From the IMG/VR virus record IMGVR_UViG_2974529611_000001, positions 3,486 to 67,485 of that record: a DNA stretch of 64,000 nucleotides. One strand, written 5' to 3'. The translations under genes were made by a program, and so were the position numbers. Positions 8,889 to 20,400 of the stretch are shown piece by piece. The notes under the pieces are model-generated. The model saw only the letters and a list, made by a program, of their open reading frames with translations. It ran no database searches and was not told the origin of the DNA. Every line of letters begins with the position of its first letter. Position 1 is the first letter of the stretch. This stretch comes from a virus. Taxonomy: Duplodnaviria > Caudoviricetes.

Positions 8889-8902
8889 GAGGAACCAGAA
8901 CA

Positions 8903-10090
8903 ATGAGCGCAATGAACATGTTGCTCCTGGCTCCGATCTATGGAGCTGAGCGTCGCAACGGTTACCTGACCGAAGCTGACATCGTCCGGACCACCATCGA
9001 CGGCGTTGACCTCAACGCCCTGTGGCAGGACTTCCAGGACTCGGTGAACATCATCAACGAGCACCTGGGTCGACTCGTGGAGCTGCTGACCTTCCCGGTC
9101 ACCAACCCCATCGAGACCGTTCCGCAGGTCGGTGCCACCGAGTTCGAGCTGGCTACCGAGTTCGGTATCCCTCGGTCGCGCAAGGTTGAGGTCGACTACT
9201 TCCACCTCGGCTACGACTTCGATGACTACGATGGTCGTATCGCATACACGTGGAAGTTCCTGCGTGATGCGGATGCCCGTCAGGTCGAGGCCGTCCACCA
9301 GAAGAACCTTGAGGCCGATGGTCGCCTGGTCTTCCGCAAGGTCATGGAAGCCATCTTCGACAACCGGAACCGTGAGGCGGACATTCGTGACCGCCCGTAC
9401 ACGGTCTACCCGTTGTACAACGGTGATGGCACCGTGCCGCCGAGCTACAAGGGCGTCACCTTCGACGGCACCCACTCGCACTACTTGGTCTCGGGCGCTG
9501 CGGCGATCGACTCCAAGGACGTCGAGGACATGTACGACCACATCGCCGAGCATGGCTATGGCATCGAGAATGGCACCACGTTCATCCTCTTCGTCAACAA
9601 GCAGCAGCTCAACGCGATCCGCACCTGGCGTCGCGGCGTGACCAACGCCAACGGTGCAGTGGCAACGTACGACTACATCCCGTCGCCCACTCGCCCGGCC
9701 ATGTTCCTGCCCAACGCCGAGGGCCTGCTGGGCTCCCAGCCGCCTGCGGCATGGAATGGTCTGCCGGTGGACGGATCGTACGGTGACATCCTGATCATCG
9801 AAGAGCCGATGGTTCCGGCCAACTACCTCTTCATGTTCGGAACTGGCGGAGCGGGAAACCTCCAGAACGTCGTGGGCATCCGTGAGCACGAGGCCGAAGC
9901 CTACCGTGGCCTTCGCCTCATGCCGGGCAACCAGGCTCGGTACCCGCTCGTGGACTCGTACTACGGTCGGTCGTTCGGTACCGGCGTTCGTCAGCGTGCT
10001 GGCGCTGCGGTCATGCAGATCAAGGCCAGCGGCACGTACGACATTCCCAACCAGTACAAGCGTGGCACCGGCCTGACCGTGGGAGTCTGA
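8903..10090 (+). CDS. Major capsid protein (HK97 fold inferred)
   Basis: 395 aa, very strong C/G third-position bias, GAGGA RBS, canonical position after scaffold and decoration genes. Confidence 0.85.
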   Translation: MSAMNMLLLAPIYGAERRNGYLTEADIVRTTIDGVDLNALWQDFQDSVNIINEHLGRLVELLTFPVTNPIETVPQVGATEFELATEFGIPRSRKVEVDYFHLGYDFDDYDGRIAYTWKFLRDADARQVEAVHQKNLEADGRLVFRKVMEAIFDNRNREADIRDRPYTVYPLYNGDGTVPPSYKGVTFDGTHSHYLVSGAAAIDSKDVEDMYDHIAEHGYGIENGTTFILFVNKQQLNAIRTWRRGVTNANGAVATYDYIPSPTRPAMFLPNAEGLLGSQPPAAWNGLPVDGSYGDILIIEEPMVPANYLFMFGTGGAGNLQNVVGIREHEAEAYRGLRLMPGNQARYPLVDSYYGRSFGTGVRQRAGAAVMQIKASGTYDIPNQYKRGTGLTVGV

Positions 10091-10091
10091 C

Positions 10092-10493
10092 ATGAGTCGA
10101 TTCATCGATGACAACAAGCCATTCACCGAGGAGGACATTGAGTACCTCCAGACTCGGCCGGATGGCGAGTACCGGATCAGCCTGAACCAGGCTCGGTTCG
10201 GTGACCTCTCGGACGAAGAGAAGTCGGAGGTGGCATCCCAGAAGGATGCTGACGACGAGTTCGACGCCCAGGAGGAAGCCCAGATCGAAGAGGCCATCGC
10301 CGAGTCGGAGCTGGACTTCGATGACGATGTGATCGCCAAGGTCGAACCGCTCTCCTACAATGAGCTTCGCCAAGCGGCGAAGAAGCACGACCTGGATGCC
10401 AGTGGCACCAAGGAAGAGCTTCAGGACCGCATGCTGGAGTTCTACCAGGAGCAGAAGGAAGCGTCGACCACCGTACCGGTGATCAACGACTGA
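10092..10493 (+). CDS. Acidic protein with C-terminal SAP/HeH-like motif
   Basis: LSYNELRQAAKKHDLDASGTKEELQDRM fits the SAP/HeH pattern; the rest is D/E-rich. Confidence 0.6.
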   Translation: MSRFIDDNKPFTEEDIEYLQTRPDGEYRISLNQARFGDLSDEEKSEVASQKDADDEFDAQEEAQIEEAIAESELDFDDDVIAKVEPLSYNELRQAAKKHDLDASGTKEELQDRMLEFYQEQKEASTTVPVIND

Positions 10494-10506
10494 CCTCCGC
10501 AAGGGC

Positions 10507-10545
10507 GATGGAGGGGAGGCTGGCAATGCTGGTCTCCCCTTCGTC
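10507..10545 (+). terminator. GC-rich stem-loop after the capsid genes
   Basis: GGGGAGGCTGGC-AAT-GCTGGTCTCCCC stem with G-U pairs in the intergenic gap; no strong U-tract. Confidence 0.45.
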
Positions 10546-10624
10546 GTACTTGAATCCGGATGAGGGGAACTCTCCCCTCCCCTACCCTTCAAAATACGCA
10601 CCCGGCAGGATGAGGTGGCTCTGA

Positions 10625-10936
10625 ATGGCGCTGATAGACGACGTTAAGGCGGCGCTCCCCGGCGATATGCCGAACTGGACCGACCAGTACATCGAAGAGC
10701 AGATCGCAGATGGCAAGACTCTGGCCGGAATGCTGGCTTCGGCTTGGCAGCAGAAGGCAACCAAGCTCTATGCGCTCGTGGATGTTGCCGAGTCTGGTTC
10801 CAGCCGCAACATGTCCGGCGTGTACAAGAACGCCCTTGAGCTGGCTCGGTACTGGAAAGAGATCGCCGACAAGGAAGAGGATCGGGCCACTGTAGGCCGA
10901 CCCCGTTCCCGAGTCCACAAGGCAGTCCGAGTATGA
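10625..10936 (+). CDS. Head-to-tail adaptor (putative)
   Basis: 103-aa helical protein; position and size fit. Confidence 0.6.
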   Translation: MALIDDVKAALPGDMPNWTDQYIEEQIADGKTLAGMLASAWQQKATKLYALVDVAESGSSRNMSGVYKNALELARYWKEIADKEEDRATVGRPRSRVHKAVRV

Positions 10937-11310
10937 CCGATCTCAACTTGGATCTGCTACGGCAGCAGACCGTTGACTTCATCAATACTGACCCGACCCC
11001 CATCACGCTCAAGACCACCACCATGTCCCGCTTGCCTGGCGGAGGATACAAGAAACTTGGCGACATTGACCGTGAGCCGCAGGTATTCAAGTTGATCTGG
11101 CAGGGTGGCAGCGGTTCGGTCACGTCAGATGATGGCGTGGACTCGCAGTATGACATGATCCTGCTAGGGGCGCATGACGCCGAGATGGAGATTGGTGACT
11201 ACTGGACGCTTGATGGCGTCAAGTACGTGATCCAAGAGTTCCTTCCTGGCAGTGGATACCAGCGCAAGGCCAAAGTCAAGGCGTTTGGAGCGAAGCCAAT
11301 TGGGGGCTAA
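10933..11310 (+). CDS. Head-to-tail stopper (putative)
   Basis: 125-aa beta-rich protein, ATGA overlap, canonical position. Confidence 0.55.
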   Translation: MTDLNLDLLRQQTVDFINTDPTPITLKTTTMSRLPGGGYKKLGDIDREPQVFKLIWQGGSGSVTSDDGVDSQYDMILLGAHDAEMEIGDYWTLDGVKYVIQEFLPGSGYQRKAKVKAFGAKPIGG

Positions 11311-11653
11311 GTTCAAGTACAACGACGGAGAGATTCGTCGTGGGGCCAGGAATCTTGATCGCAAGTTGGAGAATGCGGTTGAGCTGATCATTGACGCCGG
11401 GGCAACCCGAGGCGAAGCCTACATGAAGAACAATGCCCCTTGGACTGACCGAACAGGTGCCGCCAGGTCTGGTCTTACGACCATGACACACCACGAATCA
11501 GATCAGAGCACCGTGGTCTTTGCCCATGCGGTAGACTACGGTATATGGCTTGAGGTCAAGAATGACGGAGAGTACGAAGTGATCATGCCGTCGGTGCTGC
11601 ACACCGGCAAGGAAATCATGGATGACTTCCGAAATCTGTTCGAGAGGCTGTGA
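11300..11653 (+). CDS. HK97 gp10-like neck/tail completion protein
   Basis: Probable TTG start at 11300; APWTDRTGAARSGL and YGIWLEV motifs. Confidence 0.65.
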   Translation: MGAKFKYNDGEIRRGARNLDRKLENAVELIIDAGATRGEAYMKNNAPWTDRTGAARSGLTTMTHHESDQSTVVFAHAVDYGIWLEVKNDGEYEVIMPSVLHTGKEIMDDFRNLFERL

Positions 11654-12081
11654 TGATCGAGGCACTGTATGACCTTCTGGTCAATGATGGCGACCTGGCG
11701 GACGAGGGATTTGACGATGGGTCCATCTTCCCTAATTTCACCATCCACAATGAAGGCCCGATCACGAGTCCTCGTGACAAGATGTTCATCACTGTCAAGT
11801 ACGGGGAGCAGGCAGTCCGCAGTAACGTGATGCGCCGTGGCCCAGAAGTGATCCAATTCAACGTGCATCGTCCGGTTGAACTCGGGCCAGATTACAGGGC
11901 CATTCGAGATGTTCTGGATATCATCATCGCCATCATGGCTGAGGCTGAGAACTTCACATTCCAGAAGTATCGAATCACCAGCACCCGGTTCATGGGGCTT
12001 GGTGCAGACTTGCGCGATCCTGGGTTCAATACCTTTACCAAAGGTGTTGGATTCGAGATTCTTTCTCATCGCGTAGGGTAA
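11650..12081 (+). CDS. Tail terminator (putative)
   Basis: 143 aa, upstream of the major tail gene, alternating hydrophobic beta pattern. Confidence 0.55.
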   Translation: MMIEALYDLLVNDGDLADEGFDDGSIFPNFTIHNEGPITSPRDKMFITVKYGEQAVRSNVMRRGPEVIQFNVHRPVELGPDYRAIRDVLDIIIAIMAEAENFTFQKYRITSTRFMGLGADLRDPGFNTFTKGVGFEILSHRVG

Positions 12082-12089
12082 GATAGTCC

Positions 12090-12539
12090 GTGAACGAGAG
12101 GATCAGAAAAGTGCCCCGAGCGAAGAGCAGCCAGAACCCAGTGGAGACCGACGAGTCCGCTGCCTCCATCGAGAACACCGAGGGCTTTGACGAGACTCTT
12201 CACAACGCCGACAATCTCGACGTTGAGAAGGTCATCAAGGCCAACAAGGGTGAACTCGATGAGGGTGAGCAGGGCGAGGTCGCCACTCGTAAGGTCGAGT
12301 TCGTCAAGTACGTTGGAAAGGCTACCCACCGGACCATTGAGTCCGGAACGTGGCCGACTGGAGTCAAGAATCAGGACCTGACCGCTGAGTGGGGGTTCTT
12401 CAATGGCTTCAAGATTCCGGCGGCGTCGTTCACCGACGATCAGCTCCACTACCTGCTGGAGGCAGTGGACCAGGAAGGCAAGCGCCTTGATCCTGGCTTC
12501 GAGCTGGTCGAGGAAGACGTGACGATCTCAGGTGCCTGA
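12090..12539 (+). CDS. Hypothetical acidic protein (possibly leaderless mRNA)
   Basis: GTG start 6 nt after a GG-TAAGAT -10-like box (12079-12084). Confidence 0.55.
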   Translation: MNERIRKVPRAKSSQNPVETDESAASIENTEGFDETLHNADNLDVEKVIKANKGELDEGEQGEVATRKVEFVKYVGKATHRTIESGTWPTGVKNQDLTAEWGFFNGFKIPAASFTDDQLHYLLEAVDQEGKRLDPGFELVEEDVTISGA

Positions 12540-12720
12540 TCTGAGGTGCGAGAATAAATTGCATGGGGTGGCCTTGCCCAATGGGCAAATCGAAGTCGCA
12601 TGCAATTCTCGATACTGTGGTAAAGGCCCCGGTGTAACGGTGTTGCATCGGTTTGATCCAGAGAGTGGTGCTCTCCTGGAGACGAAACGATTCAAGACCC
12701 CAGGAAAGGGAACCCAATGA
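12532..12720 (+). CDS. Small Cys/His (Zn-ribbon-like) protein
   Basis: RCENKLHG...ACNSRYC; overlaps both neighbouring genes. Confidence 0.6.
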   Translation: MPDLRCENKLHGVALPNGQIEVACNSRYCGKGPGVTVLHRFDPESGALLETKRFKTPGKGTQ

Positions 12721-13574
12721 CCAGTCCCATGCCGGTCGCTCTGCCGTATGGCATCCGTGATTGCAAGCTCACCCCCTACTCGGATTCGAGTGGAACCGTC
12801 CTCGGCAACACCTCCATCGACCTGCCCTACATGCAGACCTTCAGCTTCTCGGAGACTGAGGAGTTCCAGGAACTGCGAGGCGATGACAAGGTCATCACCA
12901 CTCGTGGCCAGGGCGCACAGGTCGAATGGTCGCTGGAGTCGGGTGGCATCTCGCTGAAGGCGTGGGCCGTCTTCACTGGTGGAACCGTCACCGAGTCGGG
13001 CACCACTCCGAACCGCAAGGTCACCCTGCGCAAGCTCGCGACGGCCAACCGTCCGTACTTCCGCATCGAGGGCCAGGCCATCTCCGATTCGGGTGGCGAC
13101 CTTCACGCCATCGTCTACCGTTGCCGCTGCAACGACACCATCGAGGGCGAGTTCGCCGATGGCGAGTTCTTCGTGACCTCGGTGTCCGGTCTGGGCCTTC
13201 CGCTGCTGGACAGCGACTTCGATCTCCTGTACGATTTCGTCCAGAACGAAACCCTTCAGGCGATCTCGTCCACCCCGGCTGCCAACCCGTTCGGACCGCC
13301 CAGCGGCCTGACCAACGGTGCGGTCACCTCTACCAGCGTCGTGCTCAACTGGGCCGAAGTCCCCGGTGCCAGCGGCTACAAGGTCGAGAAGTCGTCCGAT
13401 GGTGGCTCCACCTGGTCGAGCGCCGGTACCGATCCCGCGACGGGTTCGACCACCACGCTCACCGCGTCCACTCTCACCGCGTCGACGACCTACCTGTTCC
13501 GCATCTCCACCAAGAAGAACGGAACCACTTCGTCGCCGTCCGCTCCGATCAGCGTGACCACCCCGGCCACCTGA
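12717..13574 (+). CDS. Major tail protein with C-terminal fibronectin type III domain
   Basis: Tail-tube-like N-terminus (LPYGIRDCKL...ELRGDD) and an FN3 pattern (PSGLT...SVVLNW..VPGASGYKV...TTYLFRI). Strong codon bias. Confidence 0.85.
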   Translation: MTSPMPVALPYGIRDCKLTPYSDSSGTVLGNTSIDLPYMQTFSFSETEEFQELRGDDKVITTRGQGAQVEWSLESGGISLKAWAVFTGGTVTESGTTPNRKVTLRKLATANRPYFRIEGQAISDSGGDLHAIVYRCRCNDTIEGEFADGEFFVTSVSGLGLPLLDSDFDLLYDFVQNETLQAISSTPAANPFGPPSGLTNGAVTSTSVVLNWAEVPGASGYKVEKSSDGGSTWSSAGTDPATGSTTTLTASTLTASTTYLFRISTKKNGTTSSPSAPISVTTPAT

Positions 13575-13617
13575 TCCTGATCAACAGACAACGGTTTAGG
13601 AATCCAAGGAGATCCCA

Positions 13618-14094
13618 ATGTCCAAGTATGAACCCACAGCCTGGGGACAGTCTGACGACCTGATTGACATTCCCCTCCCATCGGGCCAGCTGTGCCAGGC
13701 GCGAACTCTGGAGATGGAAGATATCATCCGTCTCGGCCTGATCAATGATCTCGACACCTTCTCGTCTGCATTTGGCGACGACAACGAGGATCGAGATGGT
13801 ATCGAGTTCCTCAAGTCGGTCACCGACAGCGGTGCCTTCGACAAGCTGACCCGTACGCTCAACATCGTCGTGGTGGACCGTGTGGTCCAGCCGAAGGTCT
13901 ATGCCGTTCCTGACCAGAAGAAGGAGCGAAAGGCCGACCGAATCTACATCGACCAGATCAAGTTCACCGACAAGATGGCCATCTTCAGCGTGGTCTTCAA
14001 GGGTCTCGGTGATATGGGCGACTTTCGCGAAGAATCGGGAGATGGTGTGGGAGCTGTGGAATCGAAGCCAATCGTTGAGGGTGCGCCCCTCTGA
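13618..14094 (+). CDS. Tail assembly chaperone (short form)
   Basis: Between major tail and tape measure; AAGGAG RBS. Confidence 0.8.
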   Translation: MSKYEPTAWGQSDDLIDIPLPSGQLCQARTLEMEDIIRLGLINDLDTFSSAFGDDNEDRDGIEFLKSVTDSGAFDKLTRTLNIVVVDRVVQPKVYAVPDQKKERKADRIYIDQIKFTDKMAIFSVVFKGLGDMGDFREESGDGVGAVESKPIVEGAPL

Positions 14095-14419
14095 TCTAGT
14101 CGGCTTCACCGACTCCATCAAGCGATTCTACTTTGACCGGGGCGTCTGGCTATTTGGCACCAAGGTCGAAGCGGCACTTCAGCAAGCTGAGCAACAGGCA
14201 CGGAAGAATAAAAAGAAAACATCTCAAGCAGCTGTGAACATGGCCCGGCAACAGGTCTTGGACAAGATGCTTAAGATACCGGCTGAACGACGAGCCAAGA
14301 GGTTCAAGGACCCAGCCATCCAGTTTCAAGGTCCCGCAAGCGGGAAGTCCGGTGGACAAAAGATAGCCATGTCGGATAATCGCAACGAGATTGAACTGGG
14401 GGCGGGATTCCTTGCCTGA
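13618..14419 (+). CDS. Tail assembly chaperone, long form via probable +1 frameshift at TTT-C (14023-14026)
   Basis: The +1 frame (VWELWNRSQSLRVRPSDLVGF...FYFDRGVWLFG) has no good start of its own and reads like a chaperone extension. GAC TTT CGC lies where the plausible coding begins. Confidence 0.65.
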
Positions 14420-17400
14420 TTATGATCTTGGTAGGGCGCATGGCGAAATCGTCATTGACCATGACGAGCGCGCCAACAAGGCCACCGAGCGCGCCCTACG
14501 GGAACTCCGCGATGACATTCGGGCACTTGATCGACAGATCAAGGACCTCAATGACACGATGCGTCGGCAAGCCGCCCATCTTCACGCCTCTAGTCGTGCC
14601 GCTGATCATGCCGCTGCATCAACGAACCGGCTGACCGCTGCTCAACGGCGCAATGCCGTAGCCGCTCGGACCATGACAGCGGCGAACGTAACTCTGGGCA
14701 GGTCTCTTCGGAGTACTGGCAATCTTGCCACTGGAGCCGTACAGAGCCTGGCGGAGTTCGGTGCCAGCTATGTGGGAATCAAGAACGTTTCGTTCGCCGC
14801 CAAGGACATGGGCGAGAACATGGTCCGCCTTGGGGCTACGCTCAAGCGAGTCAGCTACCGTCTGGACCCGTACCTCAGTGCCGTTCAGAACGTCAACATC
14901 GGTCTGAAGTGGACCGCCATGCGGTCGGCGCAAGCATCGGCTGGACTTGCTAAGTTTGGCAACTCGGTTGGCATCGTCAGCCGTAACCTACGTGACAGCG
15001 CAGCTGCATTCCGTGATAGCCAGAAGGCCGCATACGCCCATGCGGAAACTATGTCCAACACGTACCGGAACATTCGGGTGTTGGGCTCGGAGATCCAAAA
15101 CGAATACGTCAACATCGGTGCCCGGTTCGTCAAGAGCCTGGGGCGAATGACCCTGACGGTCGGCGGACTCCGAAAGGCTCTGGCAGAGATGCCGCCTGCC
15201 ATGAAGGCCATTTACAGCGCATCAATGGCAGTGGTTACCGTTGCCAATGCCCTGGACAGTATTGCCACGAAGGTCAAGACTGTCGGTGCGGCTTTGGGCT
15301 CTCTGGCCAGCGCAGGTTTTGCCAAGGCTACGGATGCGGCAAAGGCGATGGTGGCCTCTACCACTGCCGCCGTAGCTTCCCTTGCCAACGTCACCAAGGG
15401 GTTCGTCGCCGCTCGGATCGCCGCTCTGAAGTACGCCGCAGGAGCGGCACAGGCTGCCGCTGCCAATCTGCTAATCTCCAATACTTCTCGACGTACGCGG
15501 CTCATGATGGCCCAGTGGGCAGGGATTCTCACTAACAACGCCAAGGCCGCAACCAATTTCGTTCGTAGCACGAGCGGCTTCCAGGCCAGCGCCCGTGGTA
15601 TTCGCCGAGTGGCCACCGCCTTCACCTTGTTTGGTGGATCAGTCGCAGGGGCCATGACCCGAGTCGGCGGACTCAATATTCTCCAAAACCTAACGGTCCC
15701 CTTGAAGGGGTTGGCCCGAAACTTCATTGAGACGAACTCTCATGTCCAGGCATTCCGAAAGCGTCTCACTGACGCTGGAGTGAGCACCGCCCGCTTTGGC
15801 CGGACACTCGGCGGCATGGGCGCAGGTGTCACGAAGATGGCCAGCGGCATGCTAACCGCTGTGAGCGGCGCGGCGATGCTCCGACGAGCACTCACCGGCT
15901 TCAAGCCGCTCATGAACAAGATCGTCTTTGGCCTACAGGCCATTGTGCTCGCTGCGGTGGCAGTCGGCGCAGCTGGCGGGCTGATCATGGGGCTGGGCAA
16001 TGCCCTCAAGCAGCTTTCTGGCATTGTTGGCATTCTGCCCGGTGCCATCTCTGCCGCTGCACTCGCTCTTGGCCCGCTGATCATCGGCTTCATGGGACTT
16101 GCCAAGGCCATTGGCGCAGGCACCAAGGAAGGCGAAGAGTTCACCAAGGCAATCGAGGGCATGTCGCCTGAGATGAAGAAGGTGGCCTTTGCGGTCAAGG
16201 ACGTCAAGGGTGAGTGGAAAGAGCTCAAGGAGATCACCACTGACACCATCTTCAAGGACTTTGATCAGGAAGTCCGAGGAATCACCAAGGATGTTCTGCC
16301 TTCTCTGAAGGTCGGCCTGAAGCAGGTCTCGGGTGGCCTCAATGATTTCATCCAGCAGATCACCAGCCACCTTCGTGAGCCGGAAACGATCCACAAGCTC
16401 AACGCCGCCTTCACCGACACTGCGAACCTGACGACCAACCTTGGTCGAGCATTCGGTCCGCTGCTTGACGGCATGCGAGAGTTTGGCACCGAGGGCTTGT
16501 CTATCCTGGCTCGAATGAGTCGGTCGGCATCCAACATGACTTCGGTGTTCGCGGTATGGGCAAAGTCCATGACAGTGAAGGATGCCGAGACCGGAATGAG
16601 TCGACTGGACGCCATTGTCCAGCGAAGCATTCGAGGTTGGGGTCAGCTCGGCTCTATCGTCAAGGACGCCTTTGGCATCGTGGGAGACTTCTTCCATGCC
16701 ATCGGTCGGTCCGGAACCAACGCTCTTGATCGTTGGTCCCGTAGCATTGCTGAGGCTCGCCAGAGTCTCCAAGAGATGTACTCCGATGGCGGAATCAAGA
16801 CGATGACCGCCGCATTCACGACGCTTGCTGGACACATGCAGCAGGCTCTGAAGATCGTGGTTGATGGCTTCCGTGACCTCGGCCAGAGCATTGGACCAGA
16901 GCTTGCTGACATTACCCAGGCATTCTCTGTGGGCTTTGTCAATGGCGTCCGCAAGGCCGTGGAGATCATCGGTAGCTTCATCAAGTTGGTTGCGAACATC
17001 CCTGGTGTTGATTCGATCATCGGTATCGCTGCCAGCATGGTGACTCTGTTCAAGGCCACTCAGTTGGTCTTCGGCATGTTCTCCAAGCTAGTGGCCATCC
17101 TGGTTGCTCCGATCATGCTGTTCAAGGGGCTCACGACTTCCATCGTCGGCTACATTGCAGCAGTCAAGGCTGGCACTACTGGCACCGCCTTCATGGCTCG
17201 TGCATTGGACCGCCTGAAGATTTCCGCAGTTGGTGCCCAGATTGCCCTCGGCGCAATTGGTGCAGCCCTCGGCATCGCCTTGGTGGCATTTGCAAGTTGG
17301 GCATACTTCTCTGAGAAGAGTCGCCAGAAGAATGCTGAAGTCGAAGCCAGCATCAAGAAGACCACGGAAGGTCTGCATGACTTCCGTGATGCGGTCTACG

Positions 17401-20400
17401 AGGCCAACGGTGCCATCGACACCAAGGCAATGGATGCGCTCGCCGTGTCCATTGAGGGCATGTACGAGCAGCTCACCCAGAAGGCGAACTCCGACGCCAC
17501 TGGAATCAAGGAGTTTGCTCGACAGGTTGACAACATCAGCCAGATCGTTACCTTTGGCATGGCTGGTCGAGATGACCACGAAAAGGAAGCCAACCGGATT
17601 GACGATGTGGCTCGGGCTGCTGAGAGGGGTAAGCAGAAGCTAGACTCCTATGGCATGTCCATGGCTGACATTGGCAAGGTTGCCTCTGGCTCCGAATCTG
17701 ACTTCCTGGCCTTCCGCCAGGCGTTCGTCAACATGGGCAAGGATGGTGCCGATGTTGTCCAGCTGCTAGACAATGCTCGGGCCAAGGTCACGGCGGTCAC
17801 CGACGCCGCGAAGGCCATGGGGCCAGGTGCGCTCAACATTTCCAATGGCCTGCGGAAGATGGGCGAGGAAGGCGCGTCCACCACCGACAAGCTCGAAGGT
17901 CTCAAGCAGGTCTTGCAGGGGCTTGGTCTGATCCAGACGTCTGCCGAACAGCAGATGTTCGAGTACCAGGAAGAGCTGAAGAAGCTCGGCGATACGAGCC
18001 AGTACGTCGTTGACCAGAATGCCAAGCTTGGCAAGGCGATGACCGATGCCAACGGCAAGCTGGACCCGCGCAACTCGAATGCCCAAGAGCTCAACAAGGT
18101 TCTCCAGGGAATCTCTGACAAGTTCCTGGCGAACGCGGCAGCGGGCAACGATGCTGGTCAGATGTACAAGGACCTCCTGCCCCAGATTCGCAAGGTTGGA
18201 GAAGCCTACGGATTCCAGGGCGACGAGATTCTTGAGGTTATCAAGAACTACGGTATTGTTCCTGCCGAGGTCAGCACCATCATGGCGCTGGTTGGTGCCG
18301 ATTCGATTGAGCGGGACATTGCTGGTCTGCTCTTGCAGATTGACCAGCTCACCAACAAGCCGAAGACCATTAGCATCGAAAGCCAGGCGGCAGTTGATCA
18401 GCTGAAGGCCCTCGGGGTTGCGGTCGGCAACTTCAATGCAGAGACCAAGACTGCGGAGGTCTCGCTCAAGCCCGGCCAGAATGCCGAGCAGGTGGCAGCC
18501 GCTCTCACTGCCTGGCTCAGCCAAAACGTAGAGATTGACCCGAAGCTCAAGCCTGGCTTTCAGCAGAACCTCAAGAAGGAGCTGTCGGGCCAGCCTCCTG
18601 TTGAGGTGCCAGTTAAGCCCGGCGTTGCCAAGCAGGAGCGCATACCAGCTAACGCAGGCGCTGGCGGGGCATCCATCCCGACCCCGACTCCGCAGGCACC
18701 TTCAAACCCTCTTCAGCCAGTAGAGCAAAGTGCCAACCAGGCCAAGTCTGGCGTCGACAACCTCAAGAAGGCCATGGAGGGCCTCAAGGACGTTGTTGTC
18801 ACCGTCAAGGTCTTCGGAACCAACGAAGCCGCAGTTGGCGCTGAGCGACTCCGTGCCGCATTGGATGCGGTGCGTGAGAAGGTCGTCAATGTCAAGGTCT
18901 ATGGCACGAACGAGGCTGCTGGGCCTGCCGAGCGACTGCGGGCTGCTCTCGATGCCATCAAGGACGTAACGGCTACCGTCCACATCGAGGGCCTGGTCGA
19001 GATGAACGAAGCGATGCTTCGTACCATCGAGCTTCTGGACGCCGTTGGCAATTCAGCCGAGAAGGCAGCGACCAAGGTCTCTGAAGCCTTCAAGTCCATG
19101 AAGACGGCGGCTGATGAGTTCAAGACTCTCGTAGCTACGATCAACGCCCAGCTGGTCACCCTTGCCAACTCGGGATTCACTCGTGGACAGACTCTGGGCC
19201 AGGGCTTCGCAAATGGCATCCTGAGCAAGGTTGAAGCCGTCCACGAAGCGGCCACTGAGCTGGCAAAGGCTGCGTCCCAGCCACTTCCGAACTCACCGGC
19301 TAAGACTGGCCCGTTCTCTGGTCGAGGATGGACTCCTTACCGAGGCAAGGCTCTGGCCAAGGGGTTTGCTGACGGTATCGCGGCGGGAACGGGCAGCGTC
19401 CAGTCGGTGTCACTTGATCTGGCACGGGCAGTTGCCTCAGCGATTGACGAGATCAACGTTGCATGGAGCGGTGTCGACACCAACTTCGACGCCAACCGTG
19501 ACATTCCGGGCGCCAAGAAGTACTACCGTGATCCGGAAATCTCGAAGGCTGAACTGGAGAAGGCACGACGGGAGCGGGCCGAGGAAGAGGCCCAGCAGGC
19601 CAAGGATGATGCATACCGTGCCTCCAAGAAGGCTGGCGAAGACCTGCCTGAGCAGGAGTCCAAGGTCAAGGACGCTGAACAGAAGGTCCGTGACGCTGAG
19701 AAGGAACTCAAGGAAGCCAAGGACAACGAGGATATCAAGCGGGCCAAGGACCGGCTTGCCGAGGCTCAGGTTGACCTCAAGGACCAGCAGGACGAGCTGA
19801 AGCGGATCAAGGACCAGGCGGCAAGCAATCCTGGTGCCGCTGCCTCTGGCGCAGCCGCAGCCGGAACGAAGGGTGGCCTACGGCCCAACCCGAACCGGAC
19901 CGACTACCTGGCCGCGATGAGCGACATTGCTAGCCGATTCAACCTCCAGCTGACCTCGGGGATGCGCGACGAGCCGGGAAGTTTCCACAGCACCGGCCAG
20001 GCTGGCGACTTCTCTAATGGCGTTCGCACGCCAGAGATGCTGGCCTTCGCCAACTTCATCGCCGACAACTTCCGTCCGTGGACCAAGGAACTCATCTACG
20101 ATGATCCTCGGTTTGACCGCCAGATTGACGAAGGCAAGTTCGTTGGAGGCGGTGGAGGTTCCAGCGGCTTCTTCGCCGGATCAGGCGACCACTCGAACCA
20201 CGTTCACTGGGCGGTCAGCGAGGCACCGGAATGGACCGGCGCAATTGGCAAGGCCGTCACGGACTCTATCAACCAGGGCGCGGCGGATGGCGCCAACAAG
20301 GCCAAGCCCAAGGTTGCCGACGCCGTATCTGGCGGAGTGCTCACCGTTCCGCTGGTGCAGAATCCTGACGGTACCTGGTCCTCGACGGACAAGGCTTGGG

